A DNA stretch of 64,000 nucleotides from Candidatus Desulfaltia sp. (lineage in GTDB: Bacteria; Desulfobacterota; Desulfobacteria; Desulfobacterales; ETH-SRB1): NCBI GenBank assembly GCA_030656555.1, contig JAUSPN010000028.1:2630-66629 (forward strand), written 5' to 3'. The notes under the pieces are model-generated. The model searched no databases, was not told the DNA's origin, and saw nothing but the letters and a program-made list of their open reading frames with translations. Numbering within the stretch: position 1 is the stretch's first letter; each line of letters opens with the position of its first letter. Below are positions 19,815-29,053 of this stretch, piece after piece. A program made the position numbers and the translations under genes.

Positions 19815-21119
19815 ATGCAACAATCTGACTTTGATATTACTTTTGATGAAAAAGTTCGGATATTTTCTCACGATTATCTGAAGTGTTTCAAATACATTTC
19901 CGGTTTTGATTCGCGAAAGCATGCTTTTACAAAAAGGCTTTATTCAAAACTGATATCTACTTCCCAGCTTTTAGAGGACTTTCTCGATTTTCACGGAGCA
20001 AAAAACAATAGCGACTGGTATTTTTACAGAGAGCTTACGGCAGCTGTCAGACATTTGAGTCTGGCTGGTTATTCATATCAACATTTGTCAAACAGGCTTG
20101 TCTTTTATGACCTTGTGGACACAGAGGGTTTTGAAAAGCAAGGTGAAATCACATTTGATTTTATAACAAGCTCTATTATGAAAATGGCGCCTGTTATACT
20201 TGATGAAGCAAGATCCCTTAATATCCCCATTACCGATGAAACCTTTAATCCCGCCCATTTCCCGACTATTCCGACCGGTAACATGCTCGATTATAATATT
20301 GATGACAAGGATAAAGATCAGCAGAAGAAACATATAGTCAAAATTGCCAGTAGTTTTTTGACTATTGCAAGAGGCTTTGATCACCTGAGTTTTTATGAGC
20401 CATACAGTATGGAGGAAATATCGACAATTGTTCCCGACAAGATCAACGAGGTTGAGATTAGATATTTTGAGATGCTTATACACAGCCTTCAATCTTCATT
20501 TGATACGTATGTGATACACGGAGGATTCAGGTTCGGCAACAGGAGGCTTAAGCAGCTCCGCGGCTATATTTCAATTGCATTTCATCTTCTTCAGATGATC
20601 GGCAGGCTTCTCCATTTTTATGAAAGGCACCTGTATGAGGCTGGATACAAAAATATTTACAAAAAAGTTCAAGACCGATTAGCATCTCTTGTTGATACGC
20701 CAACCCTCCTTGACCGCATTATTAATTACGGTCTATATTATATTTGCCATTTTCTGGCGACCGGCAAAGCCTTGGCGCGGGATATACTGAATGAAAACAT
20801 AGAGCGTTCTTCCATTACTGTCGGCATTCCAATAAAGCTTGGTTTTCACAGCAGACCAAGTCTTCTTGTTGCCAAAATTGTTCAGCATTACGGGGGGCAG
20901 GTAGAGCTATGTATAAAATCGGACAGGTTCGACGCCAGCAGTGTGCTTGACATACAATGGGCCGGCGGTAAAATACAGAAAGAAAACATTAGCAAGGTTA
21001 CATTTGAAGGGGATACCCGTGCCTTAAAGGATATAGAAAAGCTTGCCGGCGTTAATTATGGTGAAGATACAATAGGGAAAGGGGTTCCGCTGCCTAAAGA
21101 ATTGAATTATTTAAGATAA
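19815..21119 (+). CDS. unknown ~330-aa helical domain fused to a C-terminal HPr-like phosphocarrier domain
   Basis: The C-terminal ~90 aa has ITVGIPIKLGFHSRPSLLVAKIVQHYGGQVEL...DASSVLDIQWAGG, which resembles HPr (GLHARPA His site, Ser46-like region). I recognised no family for the N-terminal part. Confidence 0.6.
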   Translation: MQQSDFDITFDEKVRIFSHDYLKCFKYISGFDSRKHAFTKRLYSKLISTSQLLEDFLDFHGAKNNSDWYFYRELTAAVRHLSLAGYSYQHLSNRLVFYDLVDTEGFEKQGEITFDFITSSIMKMAPVILDEARSLNIPITDETFNPAHFPTIPTGNMLDYNIDDKDKDQQKKHIVKIASSFLTIARGFDHLSFYEPYSMEEISTIVPDKINEVEIRYFEMLIHSLQSSFDTYVIHGGFRFGNRRLKQLRGYISIAFHLLQMIGRLLHFYERHLYEAGYKNIYKKVQDRLASLVDTPTLLDRIINYGLYYICHFLATGKALARDILNENIERSSITVGIPIKLGFHSRPSLLVAKIVQHYGGQVELCIKSDRFDASSVLDIQWAGGKIQKENISKVTFEGDTRALKDIEKLAGVNYGEDTIGKGVPLPKELNYLR

Positions 21120-21141
21120 TGTTTATGACGGATGGCGAAAC

Positions 21142-21822
21142 ATGATTTCAGCTATTATTGTGGCTGCCGGTAAAGGCGTCAGGATGAATGATAAACTGCG
21201 CAAGCAGTATCTTTTGCTTGCGGGCCGTCCGATTTTGGCCTATAGCCTGATGGCTTTTGATTTATGCGATTTAATAGATTGTATCATTCTTGTTGTTCCC
21301 CAAAAAGATATTGATTATTGCTGGAAAAATATTGTTGCCCCTCTGAAACTTCGCAAAAAGATTGATCTTGTGCCGGGTGGAGAGAAACGTCAGGATTCCG
21401 TATATAACGGCCTTATGGCAGCAGATAAAGATGCTGCGGAAATAGTTGTTATCCATGATGGTGTGCGACCCTTTGTTTCTCAGGAGCAGGCAGCGGCATG
21501 CATAGCAGGCGCAAAAGAGTATGGAGCATGCATCCTCGGCATTCCTGTAGACGACACCTTAAAGCAGGTAAACACCTCCGGTTTTATATGCAGCACGCTT
21601 AAAAGAGATAATATATTGCTTGCACAGACCCCGCAGGCTTTTAAATATGATCTGATAATTAAAGCCCATGAAAATGCAAAAACGAAAGGCTTTGCATGCA
21701 CAGATGATGCATCACTCGTGGAAATACTCGGGGAAAAAGTTAAAATAGTTTATGGCAGCAAACGGAATATAAAAATTACAAGCAGGGAAGATCTTGTTTT
21801 TGCAACAGCATTACTTTCTTAA
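21142..21822 (+). CDS. ispD: 2-C-methyl-D-erythritol 4-phosphate cytidylyltransferase
   Basis: AIIVAAGKGVRM N-terminus, GGEKRQDSV, VVIHDGVRPF. Confidence 0.9.
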   Translation: MISAIIVAAGKGVRMNDKLRKQYLLLAGRPILAYSLMAFDLCDLIDCIILVVPQKDIDYCWKNIVAPLKLRKKIDLVPGGEKRQDSVYNGLMAADKDAAEIVVIHDGVRPFVSQEQAAACIAGAKEYGACILGIPVDDTLKQVNTSGFICSTLKRDNILLAQTPQAFKYDLIIKAHENAKTKGFACTDDASLVEILGEKVKIVYGSKRNIKITSREDLVFATALLS

Positions 21823-22518
21823 TTAAGATATATATTTTGTTGGATCCGGTATACCCGCCTTTTTAAAGCCCTGCTTTCTTAAAATACAGCTGTCGCACTT
21901 TCCGCATGCCAGGTTTTCCAAAGAAGGATCATAGCAGCTGTGTGTTAAGGAATAATCAACTCCAAGTTCAATCCCTTTTTTTATAATCTGCTCTTTGGTC
22001 ATATTAATCAGCGGAGTTCTTATCTTTATTTTTGTTAGCCCTTCCACTCCTGCCTTTGTGGCAAGATTTGCCATTTGTTCAAAGGCTTTTATGTATTCAG
22101 GCCGGCAGTCAGGATAGCCGCTGTAGTCGACAGCGTTGACGCCGATAAATATGTCGGATGAAAGAAGAACCTCTGCCATGGCAAGGGAATAGGAAAGGAA
22201 GATTGTATTTCGCGCGGGCACATAAGTGACGGGAATTTGTTTTCCTATCTGCTTTATATCTTTTGTTTTTGGCACATCAATGTTGGCGGTAAGTGCTGAA
22301 GCGCCGATAATTTTAAGGTCTATATCTATTACGAGATGTTTCGCAACATTAAAGGCATCCGCCACTTTTTTAGCTGCCTGCAGCTCAAAAGCATGGCGCT
22401 GTCCATAGAAAAAAGTTAAAGCATGTATTTCAAAGCCTTCATGCTTTGCAATGGCCAGAACGGTTGTTGAATCAAGGCCGCCGCTAAGCAGGATAACCGC
22501 TTTTTTTCTTGTAATCAT
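21823..22518 (-). CDS. queC: 7-cyano-7-deazaguanine synthase
   Basis: [15 protein letters not shown]-loop and a C-terminal Cys cluster (CYDP...CGKCDSC). Confidence 0.9.
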   Translation of the reverse strand: MITRKKAVILLSGGLDSTTVLAIAKHEGFEIHALTFFYGQRHAFELQAAKKVADAFNVAKHLVIDIDLKIIGASALTANIDVPKTKDIKQIGKQIPVTYVPARNTIFLSYSLAMAEVLLSSDIFIGVNAVDYSGYPDCRPEYIKAFEQMANLATKAGVEGLTKIKIRTPLINMTKEQIIKKGIELGVDYSLTHSCYDPSLENLACGKCDSCILRKQGFKKAGIPDPTKYIS

Positions 22519-22613
22519 AAATCCCTCAATCTTTTATCTGACTTTTTTTCACCACGAAGACCACGAAGACCACGAAAATAGAAGCATCCATAAAAACCCC
22601 TGAACCCCGAACC

Positions 22614-23258
22614 CTATACCCCTCTTTGTTTATCAGGCCAGATTATTTTATGTATTTGAAGATGAAGCCTGATGTTCAGGTTATCCTCGAGTATCCACTT
22701 TGCAAGCTTAGCACAGGTAATTTCTCCCAAAACAGGAGAAAACAGTATATTTTTTTCAGGCAGTTTGGAAGGTATCAATTTTGTGATATTTTTGGCATAT
22801 TCATAATCCTCGCGGTTTCCGATTACAAATTTGACCTGGTCTTTTTGATTTAGCCTTTTAAGGTTTTCAAGATCATTCCTGTCACTTTCACCACTGGTCG
22901 GGCATTTAATGTCCACGATTTTTATGCATCGCTTATCAACCATGCTTATATCAAACGTTCCATTTGTTTCCAGCAAAACCTCATATCCTTTTTCAAGAAG
23001 TTTTGATATAAGCAGAGGTGTATTATTCTGAAGCAACGGTTCCCCGCCTGTAATTTCAATGAGAGGGCAATGATAATTTGCGATCTTCTGAAGGATTTCG
23101 GATAATTTCATCTCTATTCCTTCTTCATAAGCATAGCGGGTATCGCAGTAGGTGCATCTTAAATTGCATCCGGTGAGCCTTACGAAAACACATGGAAGCC
23201 CGGCGTATAAAGATTCTCCCTGAATGCTGTAAAATATTTCATTAATTAAAAGGGTCAT
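22614..23258 (-). CDS. queE: 7-carboxy-7-deazaguanine synthase (radical SAM)
   Basis: EIFYSIQGES...VFVRLTGCNLRCTYCDT. Met at 23258 is preferred; the 27 upstream codons of the listed ORF look non-coding. Confidence 0.85.
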   Translation of the reverse strand: MTLLINEIFYSIQGESLYAGLPCVFVRLTGCNLRCTYCDTRYAYEEGIEMKLSEILQKIANYHCPLIEITGGEPLLQNNTPLLISKLLEKGYEVLLETNGTFDISMVDKRCIKIVDIKCPTSGESDRNDLENLKRLNQKDQVKFVIGNREDYEYAKNITKLIPSKLPEKNILFSPVLGEITCAKLAKWILEDNLNIRLHLQIHKIIWPDKQRGV

Positions 23259-23417
23259 GTCGGTTTTCTTCTGAGTTGACTTTATATAAAACAATGTATT
23301 AATTTTGAAGCAAATCAAATTGATTACCACGAAGAACACGAAGGATTTTTTCTTTATCTTAGCTTGCTTCGCGCCATTCGTGGTAAACTTATTATATAAT
23401 ATTAACAGTTAACCTAA

Positions 23418-24623
23418 ATGAAAACAATAAGTATACTAAAAAATACTGTTCAGGAATATGCATGGGGGTCTTATACCGCCATTGCAGAACTTTTAGGCGA
23501 AAAATCTCCTTCTGCCGGACCCCAGGCCGAATTCTGGATGGGAGCACATCCAAAAGCTCCTTCCATGGTTAAGCATGACGGCAAATGGGTATCTTTGCTG
23601 GAATTGATTAAGAATAATCCTGAAGATATTCTTGGCATGGAGGCGGCGCAAAAATTTAACAACACCCTTCCGTACCTGTTCAAGGTTCTTGCAGCGGCAA
23701 AACCTCTTTCCATACAGGCTCATCCAGATAAAACGCAGGCAATCAAAGGTTTTGAAAAAGAAAACAGGCTTGGGATTCCGATAGATGCTTACAACAGGAA
23801 TTATAAAGATGATAACCACAAGCCGGAATGTATATGCGCGCTTACCCATTTCTGGGCATTGAACGGGTTTCGCGGGGTTTCTGAGATTCTATTGCTTATG
23901 GAAAAAATCTGCCCGCGGTATTTAGCTGAAGAGCTTGACGATCTTCGAAACCAGCCGGACAGGCAAGGGCTAAAAAACTTTTTCACCGCTCTTTTAACTA
24001 TGGGGCCTGAGCGAAAAAAGCAGGTCATAGATGATGCGCTGAAAAACGCGCGCAGATTTTCAGAAGACGACAACCTTTTTGAATGGATAATAAAACTTTA
24101 CAATGAATATAAGGCGGACATAGGAATTTTCTCTCCCATATTGCTTAATTTGATTTGCCTTAAACCGGGCCAGGCTATGTTTATCCAGTCAGGAGCGCTT
24201 CATTCCTATCTTGATGGAGTGGGAATTGAATTGATGGCAAACTCAGACAATGTTCTAAGAGGCGGACTTACTCCAAAGCATGTAGATGCGCAGGAGCTTT
24301 TAAGTGTTCTTGATTTTGAAGAAAAGGGCCTCAATATAATAGCTTCAAAAAAACGCAAGGATTTTGAGATTATCTATCCAACCCCTGCCGAGGAATTTGT
24401 CCTTTCCGTGATTTCAGGCAACAAGGAAACAGCCTGTAAGAGCCCTGCAAAAAGAAGCGTTGAAATTATCCTTTGCACTCATGGGAAGGCGCTTATAAGC
24501 GACACAGATAACAATATCGCCATTAATCTTAACAAGGGTGTGTCGGTTGTTATACCTGCTTGTGTTAAAAATTATACTATTACCGGAAAAGCAACCCTTT
24601 ATAAGGCTTCGGTCCCGCTTTAA
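23418..24623 (+). CDS. manA: mannose-6-phosphate isomerase, class I
   Basis: YAWGS, FWMGAHP, LSIQAHPD and NSDNVLRGGLTPKHVD motifs. Confidence 0.85.
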   Translation: MKTISILKNTVQEYAWGSYTAIAELLGEKSPSAGPQAEFWMGAHPKAPSMVKHDGKWVSLLELIKNNPEDILGMEAAQKFNNTLPYLFKVLAAAKPLSIQAHPDKTQAIKGFEKENRLGIPIDAYNRNYKDDNHKPECICALTHFWALNGFRGVSEILLLMEKICPRYLAEELDDLRNQPDRQGLKNFFTALLTMGPERKKQVIDDALKNARRFSEDDNLFEWIIKLYNEYKADIGIFSPILLNLICLKPGQAMFIQSGALHSYLDGVGIELMANSDNVLRGGLTPKHVDAQELLSVLDFEEKGLNIIASKKRKDFEIIYPTPAEEFVLSVISGNKETACKSPAKRSVEIILCTHGKALISDTDNNIAINLNKGVSVVIPACVKNYTITGKATLYKASVPL

Positions 24624-24682
24624 CCGTTTCCATCTCATTCCACGTGAAGAATTTTGCTCCAGCTTATGCCGGGGTTTCACTT

Positions 24683-27600
24683 TTATGACGCTTCTGACTT
24701 TGCAGCCATTTTGTTCAAGACTTCAAGATATTCTTGTGAACGATTAAGATAAAAGGCAAGGGCTTTTGAAAAATTCTTGCCCACGATTCCGTCGAGAAAA
24801 AGTTGACTGATCTCTTGTTGTCGCAAAAGAATACTTTGCGACAGCACAAAAATCTGCTTTTCCTCCTTGGACATCGTGCGCATTAAGTGTTTGAGCATGC
24901 TTCCGGCACGGGGCTGGTACATCCAGAAATACAGAAAATCCAAGGCATGAATGCACAGGGGTTTTATCATTTCCTCATTTTGAGTAGAAAGCAGCAACAT
25001 AAATTTCTTAGGAGATTCAAGAGTCTTGATGAGATTAACCTCAGGGCAAAGAACATCAAGTTTGGAAAAAGTCTCAAATAACTGCTTAATCTTATGATTA
25101 TAGTCCAGAAAACGCATACGCATATTATTGCCCCGATCTGCCAAGCCTTCTATAAGACCAGCGACACAGTCAGAAGCGGCCTTGGAAATAATAGCGGCCC
25201 ATTTCTGGAGGATGGTGTTAACAGCTTCTGCCCCGAAGGCCACCAATAGTCCACCTATTGCATAATTAAAACCAACAGCAATCGGTATGGATATTACGGT
25301 CCGAAAGAAATTTCCCAATGCGGCGTTTTTTGGTAATCCACGAAAAATATTATGACTTGTTATATAGACTCCATTGACTATGGCTATAATAGTGTAAAGC
25401 ATGACCGGGCTTGTTGTTGTATTAATATTCAACAGCCGGTCTAAAAAAAGATATTTGACCAGATAATCAAGCAGAGGAACAGACAACCCTGTAAAAAAAA
25501 GAGAATCGGCAATTCTTTCCCAACTCAAATAACTATTCCAGCGCAACAGGGGCGACCGGCGAAATCCTCCGCCCCCAAGGACAGATTGTAATATGTTACG
25601 TGAATACGTAATTCCAAACCAGATAAATGCACCACCGTAGGCCAGAAGCCACCAGTCCTTTGTCAACGCAAAGGTCAAAAATGCGGGAATAAATCCGAGT
25701 AAAATCTTAAGCGCATATTTAAAACGACTGTTAAGATACTTTAGGGGCAAGGTCTGCTCGTTTTTTTCCGATGGTGTTTCAAGCATAAGCCCATTGTTGC
25801 ATTCTTCCTGAATTCCGCCAAGAGTTGCAATGTTTCCCGGCCGCCCTATATGAAGTGAATAGTCTTTCAGTACCCAGTCGCTGATTTTGGTTGATCCTAA
25901 AAAAGATCCTCCAGGGAAATGCCGCAGAATTTTGTAACAAAAATTGACAACAGAACTGAAGCTGGATCGAGGTATAAATGTCACGCGTTTATAACTCGTT
26001 GCTGTAACAGGAATACTCTCGCGAGACCGCATTTGTGTATCATAGAACTCCTTCCGGGCGTTCACAGATAGTGTGTCTTTAATTACCAGACCCATTCCAT
26101 GAAGATGCCTGGAACGACCTGTCGAGTCGCTGCCGATTCGAGACTTAAGAGCATGACTTTTATAAAAAGCCTGGAGGCTTTCAATATCGAAAAGAATCTC
26201 AGCAAGATTGGCTCTTCTTTCTACGATTTGTTTGCCGGACTTTCCTGAAACGCTTTTTTCGAACTGCTCGATAATATTGTGCACGATCCGTTTAAGTTTA
26301 ATGGTATTTCCATGGTTGATGGCAATTTGGAGTTCATTTATAGCCGAAAGATCTGGAGACAGATTCCCCTCAGCGTAATCCTTGAGATTAAAAATCTCCA
26401 GATTGGTTATCATACCGTTACAATCATAGAGAATCTCCAGTACATCTTCTGCGGAAAGATTGGTCAGACTCAATGTTGCCGAGGAGGCTGAACAAAAACT
26501 GTTGAGGATGCTCAATAACTCATGGGCAGGCGGTTTTAGCAAAGATGGAAGATCCGGGCTGTCACACGGAATCCATGGATTATGGATTCCGGGATTTTTG
26601 CCAGGAGCGAGCCAGTTGCTGATAATACTCTCAGAATCAATGCAGTTCATTTCGTTTACAAGAAGAGAAATATTTTTCTTTTCCTCTTCGTTGGCGGCTT
26701 CATACTCAGGTTTTAAATCTTTGACACGCTCACGCATGAGGGGCATCAGGGTATTATATATAAACTTCGCGAGATGAAATATTGAAATTTGCCCAATGCC
26801 GACAAAATCAAGAAAAGCGTCCTTATCAAGTTGAAGCATGGAGATGCCGTAATGCTTATTTATATGGAGCCTGTAAACTTTATTGAATTCATCCAGAACA
26901 TTTAATACATATTTTTGCTGATACGCAGATACATTTGCTCCTTCCTTCATAAATTCAGTAAACGCTATATTTGAGAAAAAATTGATAAAATCCTGTTTGT
27001 CTGCAAAGCCCTTGGGTACCCATACGAACTTTATGTATTTGTTTTGAAAAAGAGCACAAAATTCAAGGCCGATCCTGACTTCAATGTCCATAATTGATGC
27101 AGCTTCAAGAAGTTCTGTAATAGCTTCAGTACGGACGTAATTATAGTGAACCACTGTAATCTTTCGAATACCCTTTATCCATGCATCCATAATTAAATGG
27201 GTGGCGGATTTTCTTCCCTTGGTATTTACATCATGGACATGATCGTCAAATGTGATCTGATTCCATTCTTCCGGCATCTCGACAAGATGATATTTGCGCA
27301 GTTCGTTTTTAATGACCTTGGGTTTCCCGAATGCTGCGGTCCTGAAATCTCTGGCCAGCTGCAGCCTTCGGATATCATCGCCATCATTACGGATAAGTTC
27401 CTTCATGATTTGCAAAAGAACCCGGGCGGTATTCTTGCGCAGGGTGCTGTGAGCCTTGGCTAGTGCCTCGTCACGAAGGGATCGTAATGCCTCCAATCGT
27501 TCCTTTGCCTCGCCTGTACGCAAAGAACCAAGCAAATGAATGGCTGCAAAGGCCATTCTGAGGCCACTTGAGGCGGCCATTTCCTTGATGCCTTTGGAAT

Positions 27601-27727
27601 AGAGATGTGGAGTGAGAAGTTTTCTGAGATGTCGCAACGGCTTGTCAAGGTTTAGCACGTCGTTGACAATATCCAAAAGTTCGTGGTCTTTCTTATCAAA
27701 AAATATTTTAGAAATATTTTTTTTCAT
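24683..27727 (-). CDS. large (1014 aa) uncharacterised membrane protein
   Basis: Uninterrupted ORF. The first ~660 aa are soluble. About 6 hydrophobic segments lie at ~aa 665-860 (e.g. ILLGFIPAFLTFALT, WLLAYGGAFIWFGITY, VMLYTIIAIVNGVYI, VISIPIAVGFNYAIGGLLVAFG), followed by a ~150-aa tail. I recognised no catalytic motif. Confidence 0.6.
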   Translation of the reverse strand: MKKNISKIFFDKKDHELLDIVNDVLNLDKPLRHLRKLLTPHLYSKGIKEMAASSGLRMAFAAIHLLGSLRTGEAKERLEALRSLRDEALAKAHSTLRKNTARVLLQIMKELIRNDGDDIRRLQLARDFRTAAFGKPKVIKNELRKYHLVEMPEEWNQITFDDHVHDVNTKGRKSATHLIMDAWIKGIRKITVVHYNYVRTEAITELLEAASIMDIEVRIGLEFCALFQNKYIKFVWVPKGFADKQDFINFFSNIAFTEFMKEGANVSAYQQKYVLNVLDEFNKVYRLHINKHYGISMLQLDKDAFLDFVGIGQISIFHLAKFIYNTLMPLMRERVKDLKPEYEAANEEEKKNISLLVNEMNCIDSESIISNWLAPGKNPGIHNPWIPCDSPDLPSLLKPPAHELLSILNSFCSASSATLSLTNLSAEDVLEILYDCNGMITNLEIFNLKDYAEGNLSPDLSAINELQIAINHGNTIKLKRIVHNIIEQFEKSVSGKSGKQIVERRANLAEILFDIESLQAFYKSHALKSRIGSDSTGRSRHLHGMGLVIKDTLSVNARKEFYDTQMRSRESIPVTATSYKRVTFIPRSSFSSVVNFCYKILRHFPGGSFLGSTKISDWVLKDYSLHIGRPGNIATLGGIQEECNNGLMLETPSEKNEQTLPLKYLNSRFKYALKILLGFIPAFLTFALTKDWWLLAYGGAFIWFGITYSRNILQSVLGGGGFRRSPLLRWNSYLSWERIADSLFFTGLSVPLLDYLVKYLFLDRLLNINTTTSPVMLYTIIAIVNGVYITSHNIFRGLPKNAALGNFFRTVISIPIAVGFNYAIGGLLVAFGAEAVNTILQKWAAIISKAASDCVAGLIEGLADRGNNMRMRFLDYNHKIKQLFETFSKLDVLCPEVNLIKTLESPKKFMLLLSTQNEEMIKPLCIHALDFLYFWMYQPRAGSMLKHLMRTMSKEEKQIFVLSQSILLRQQEISQLFLDGIVGKNFSKALAFYLNRSQEYLEVLNKMAAKSEAS

Positions 27728-28052
27728 TATCTTTTCTTACGATTACTAATGATTAATAAAGATCCGATATAATATTTTTTTCCTCAAACCAGGATGTTAT
27801 GTCTTGTAATTTGTCAGGAAAATCCTTGGCCCGGATAATATCAAAATATTACTGTTTTTTACAAGAAAATTGTCTGTAGGGATCATATTTAATTTTTAAT
27901 TATTCCAAGACAATATCTTTCACAGCAAACACCCGAACACCATATCGGTTAATCAGGTCAAGATCTTTAGCGAGCGCATTCTCCGCTGCTTGTTGGAGCA
28001 AAGCGGAGATCATGTTCCAGCGGGGCGGCGTGTTTGCCACTGGTTATTATAG

Positions 28053-28412
28053 CTACAAGTTAAGTTCAAAAACAGTTTTTAAAGCTTGATTTATTTCCTG
28101 TATCTTAGGAAGCGCCAATTTTCCACGAACTTTTACCATCCTGTGACGATGATCAATGGGACGTGTTTGCAAACAATCTGCTATTGATTTTTTTAACAGG
28201 CCATTATCTTGTGAAGGATAGATTTCAACATTGGTTTTTATTTGAACTTTTTTTGCACTCCATTCAGTAATTGGAACGACTTGAATAACAGGAACTTTTT
28301 CATTATAAACATCATTGGTTACAATTATGCACGGTCTGACCTTGCCTGTTTCTGAACCCTGCGTCGGATCAAGATTTACATCAACAATCATGCCCCTTTT
28401 CAATATTGTCAT
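28053..28412 (-). CDS. mazF: MazF/PemK family endoribonuclease toxin
   Basis: KRGMIVDVNLDPTQGSETGKVRPCIIVTND is a typical MazF N-terminus. The start at 28412 gives an ATGA overlap with the antitoxin stop. Confidence 0.85.
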   Translation of the reverse strand: MTILKRGMIVDVNLDPTQGSETGKVRPCIIVTNDVYNEKVPVIQVVPITEWSAKKVQIKTNVEIYPSQDNGLLKKSIADCLQTRPIDHRHRMVKVRGKLALPKIQEINQALKTVFELNL

Positions 28413-28642
28413 TCCGGCCATCCAGTTACGGCTGTTTCAGTCAATTCTTTTAGATCGTCATTTTCAGAATAAATTTCAGAATATAACTCAGCGGATTTTT
28501 TTAGGTTTTCGAGTTCCAATTTAGTTTTAAAATGGTCAATAGCTGTTCGAACCATAGAACTTTTATCTTTAAACCCATAAGCTTCAAAATTATTCAAAAA
28601 ATCTGCTTGTGTCTCTTTAACACTAAATTTTGCTTGTCGCAT
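28409..28642 (-). CDS. ribbon-helix-helix type antitoxin
   Basis: 77 aa lying upstream of and overlapping mazF. KFSVKETQADFL...SSMVRTAIDHF fits an RHH beta-alpha-alpha fold. Acidic C-terminal tail. Confidence 0.7.
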   Translation of the reverse strand: MRQAKFSVKETQADFLNNFEAYGFKDKSSMVRTAIDHFKTKLELENLKKSAELYSEIYSENDDLKELTETAVTGWPE

Positions 28643-29053
28643 ACAGCCTCCTTTTTGATGCCCAATATTGAGCCCTATATTACAGGCCTATTATGGGTGC
28701 TAAAACAATGAAAGTCAAAGCAAAATTCTTTAAAAAGATAACAAATTGACTTATATTTTCGGTTAATATATATGTTACGGCATAATTTCGGTCTGTTTTT
28801 GCACCTCAAACAGGAGGATCGTGTGACCAATCATCGGAGTGCCAAAAAATAAAGCTCCATTTCTTCAGCAATATGAAGGGATGGGGCTTTGTTATTTTAC
28901 AGGCCTGAACCCGGAACTAAAAAAAGAGTTAGCCATTCTATTTTTTACGATACAAACTCATAAACTGAGAAGCATTACATAAATAGCCATATTGTTTAAC
29001 AACCACCGATCAAAAATGACGGACAAAATAGAAGGAACTGAAAAGGCGAGTAG

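Noticed and set aside
21816-21829. Palindrome CTTAATTAAG formed by the abutting ispD and queC stop codons
   Set aside because: It is explained by two convergent TAA stops with zero spacing. There is no evidence of a regulatory role.
23259-23417. preQ1 riboswitch upstream of queE
   Set aside because: The minus-strand leader lacks the compact preQ1-I/II consensus (a short hairpin followed by an A-rich tail with the conserved CUA/ACUA context). Only CACGAAG-word repeats are present.
27900-28013. 37-codon minus-strand ORF (MISALLQQAAENALAKDLDLINRYGVRVFAVKDIVLE) between mazF and the 1014-aa gene
   Set aside because: It could be the tail of a lost gene, but it has no SD and I could not match it convincingly to any family. 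It is too short to call.
28672-28902. Repeated TTACAGGCCT (28672 and 28893) as possible island att sites
   Set aside because: It is only a 10-11-nt match. Both copies lie on the same side of the island, and there is no counterpart at the right boundary.
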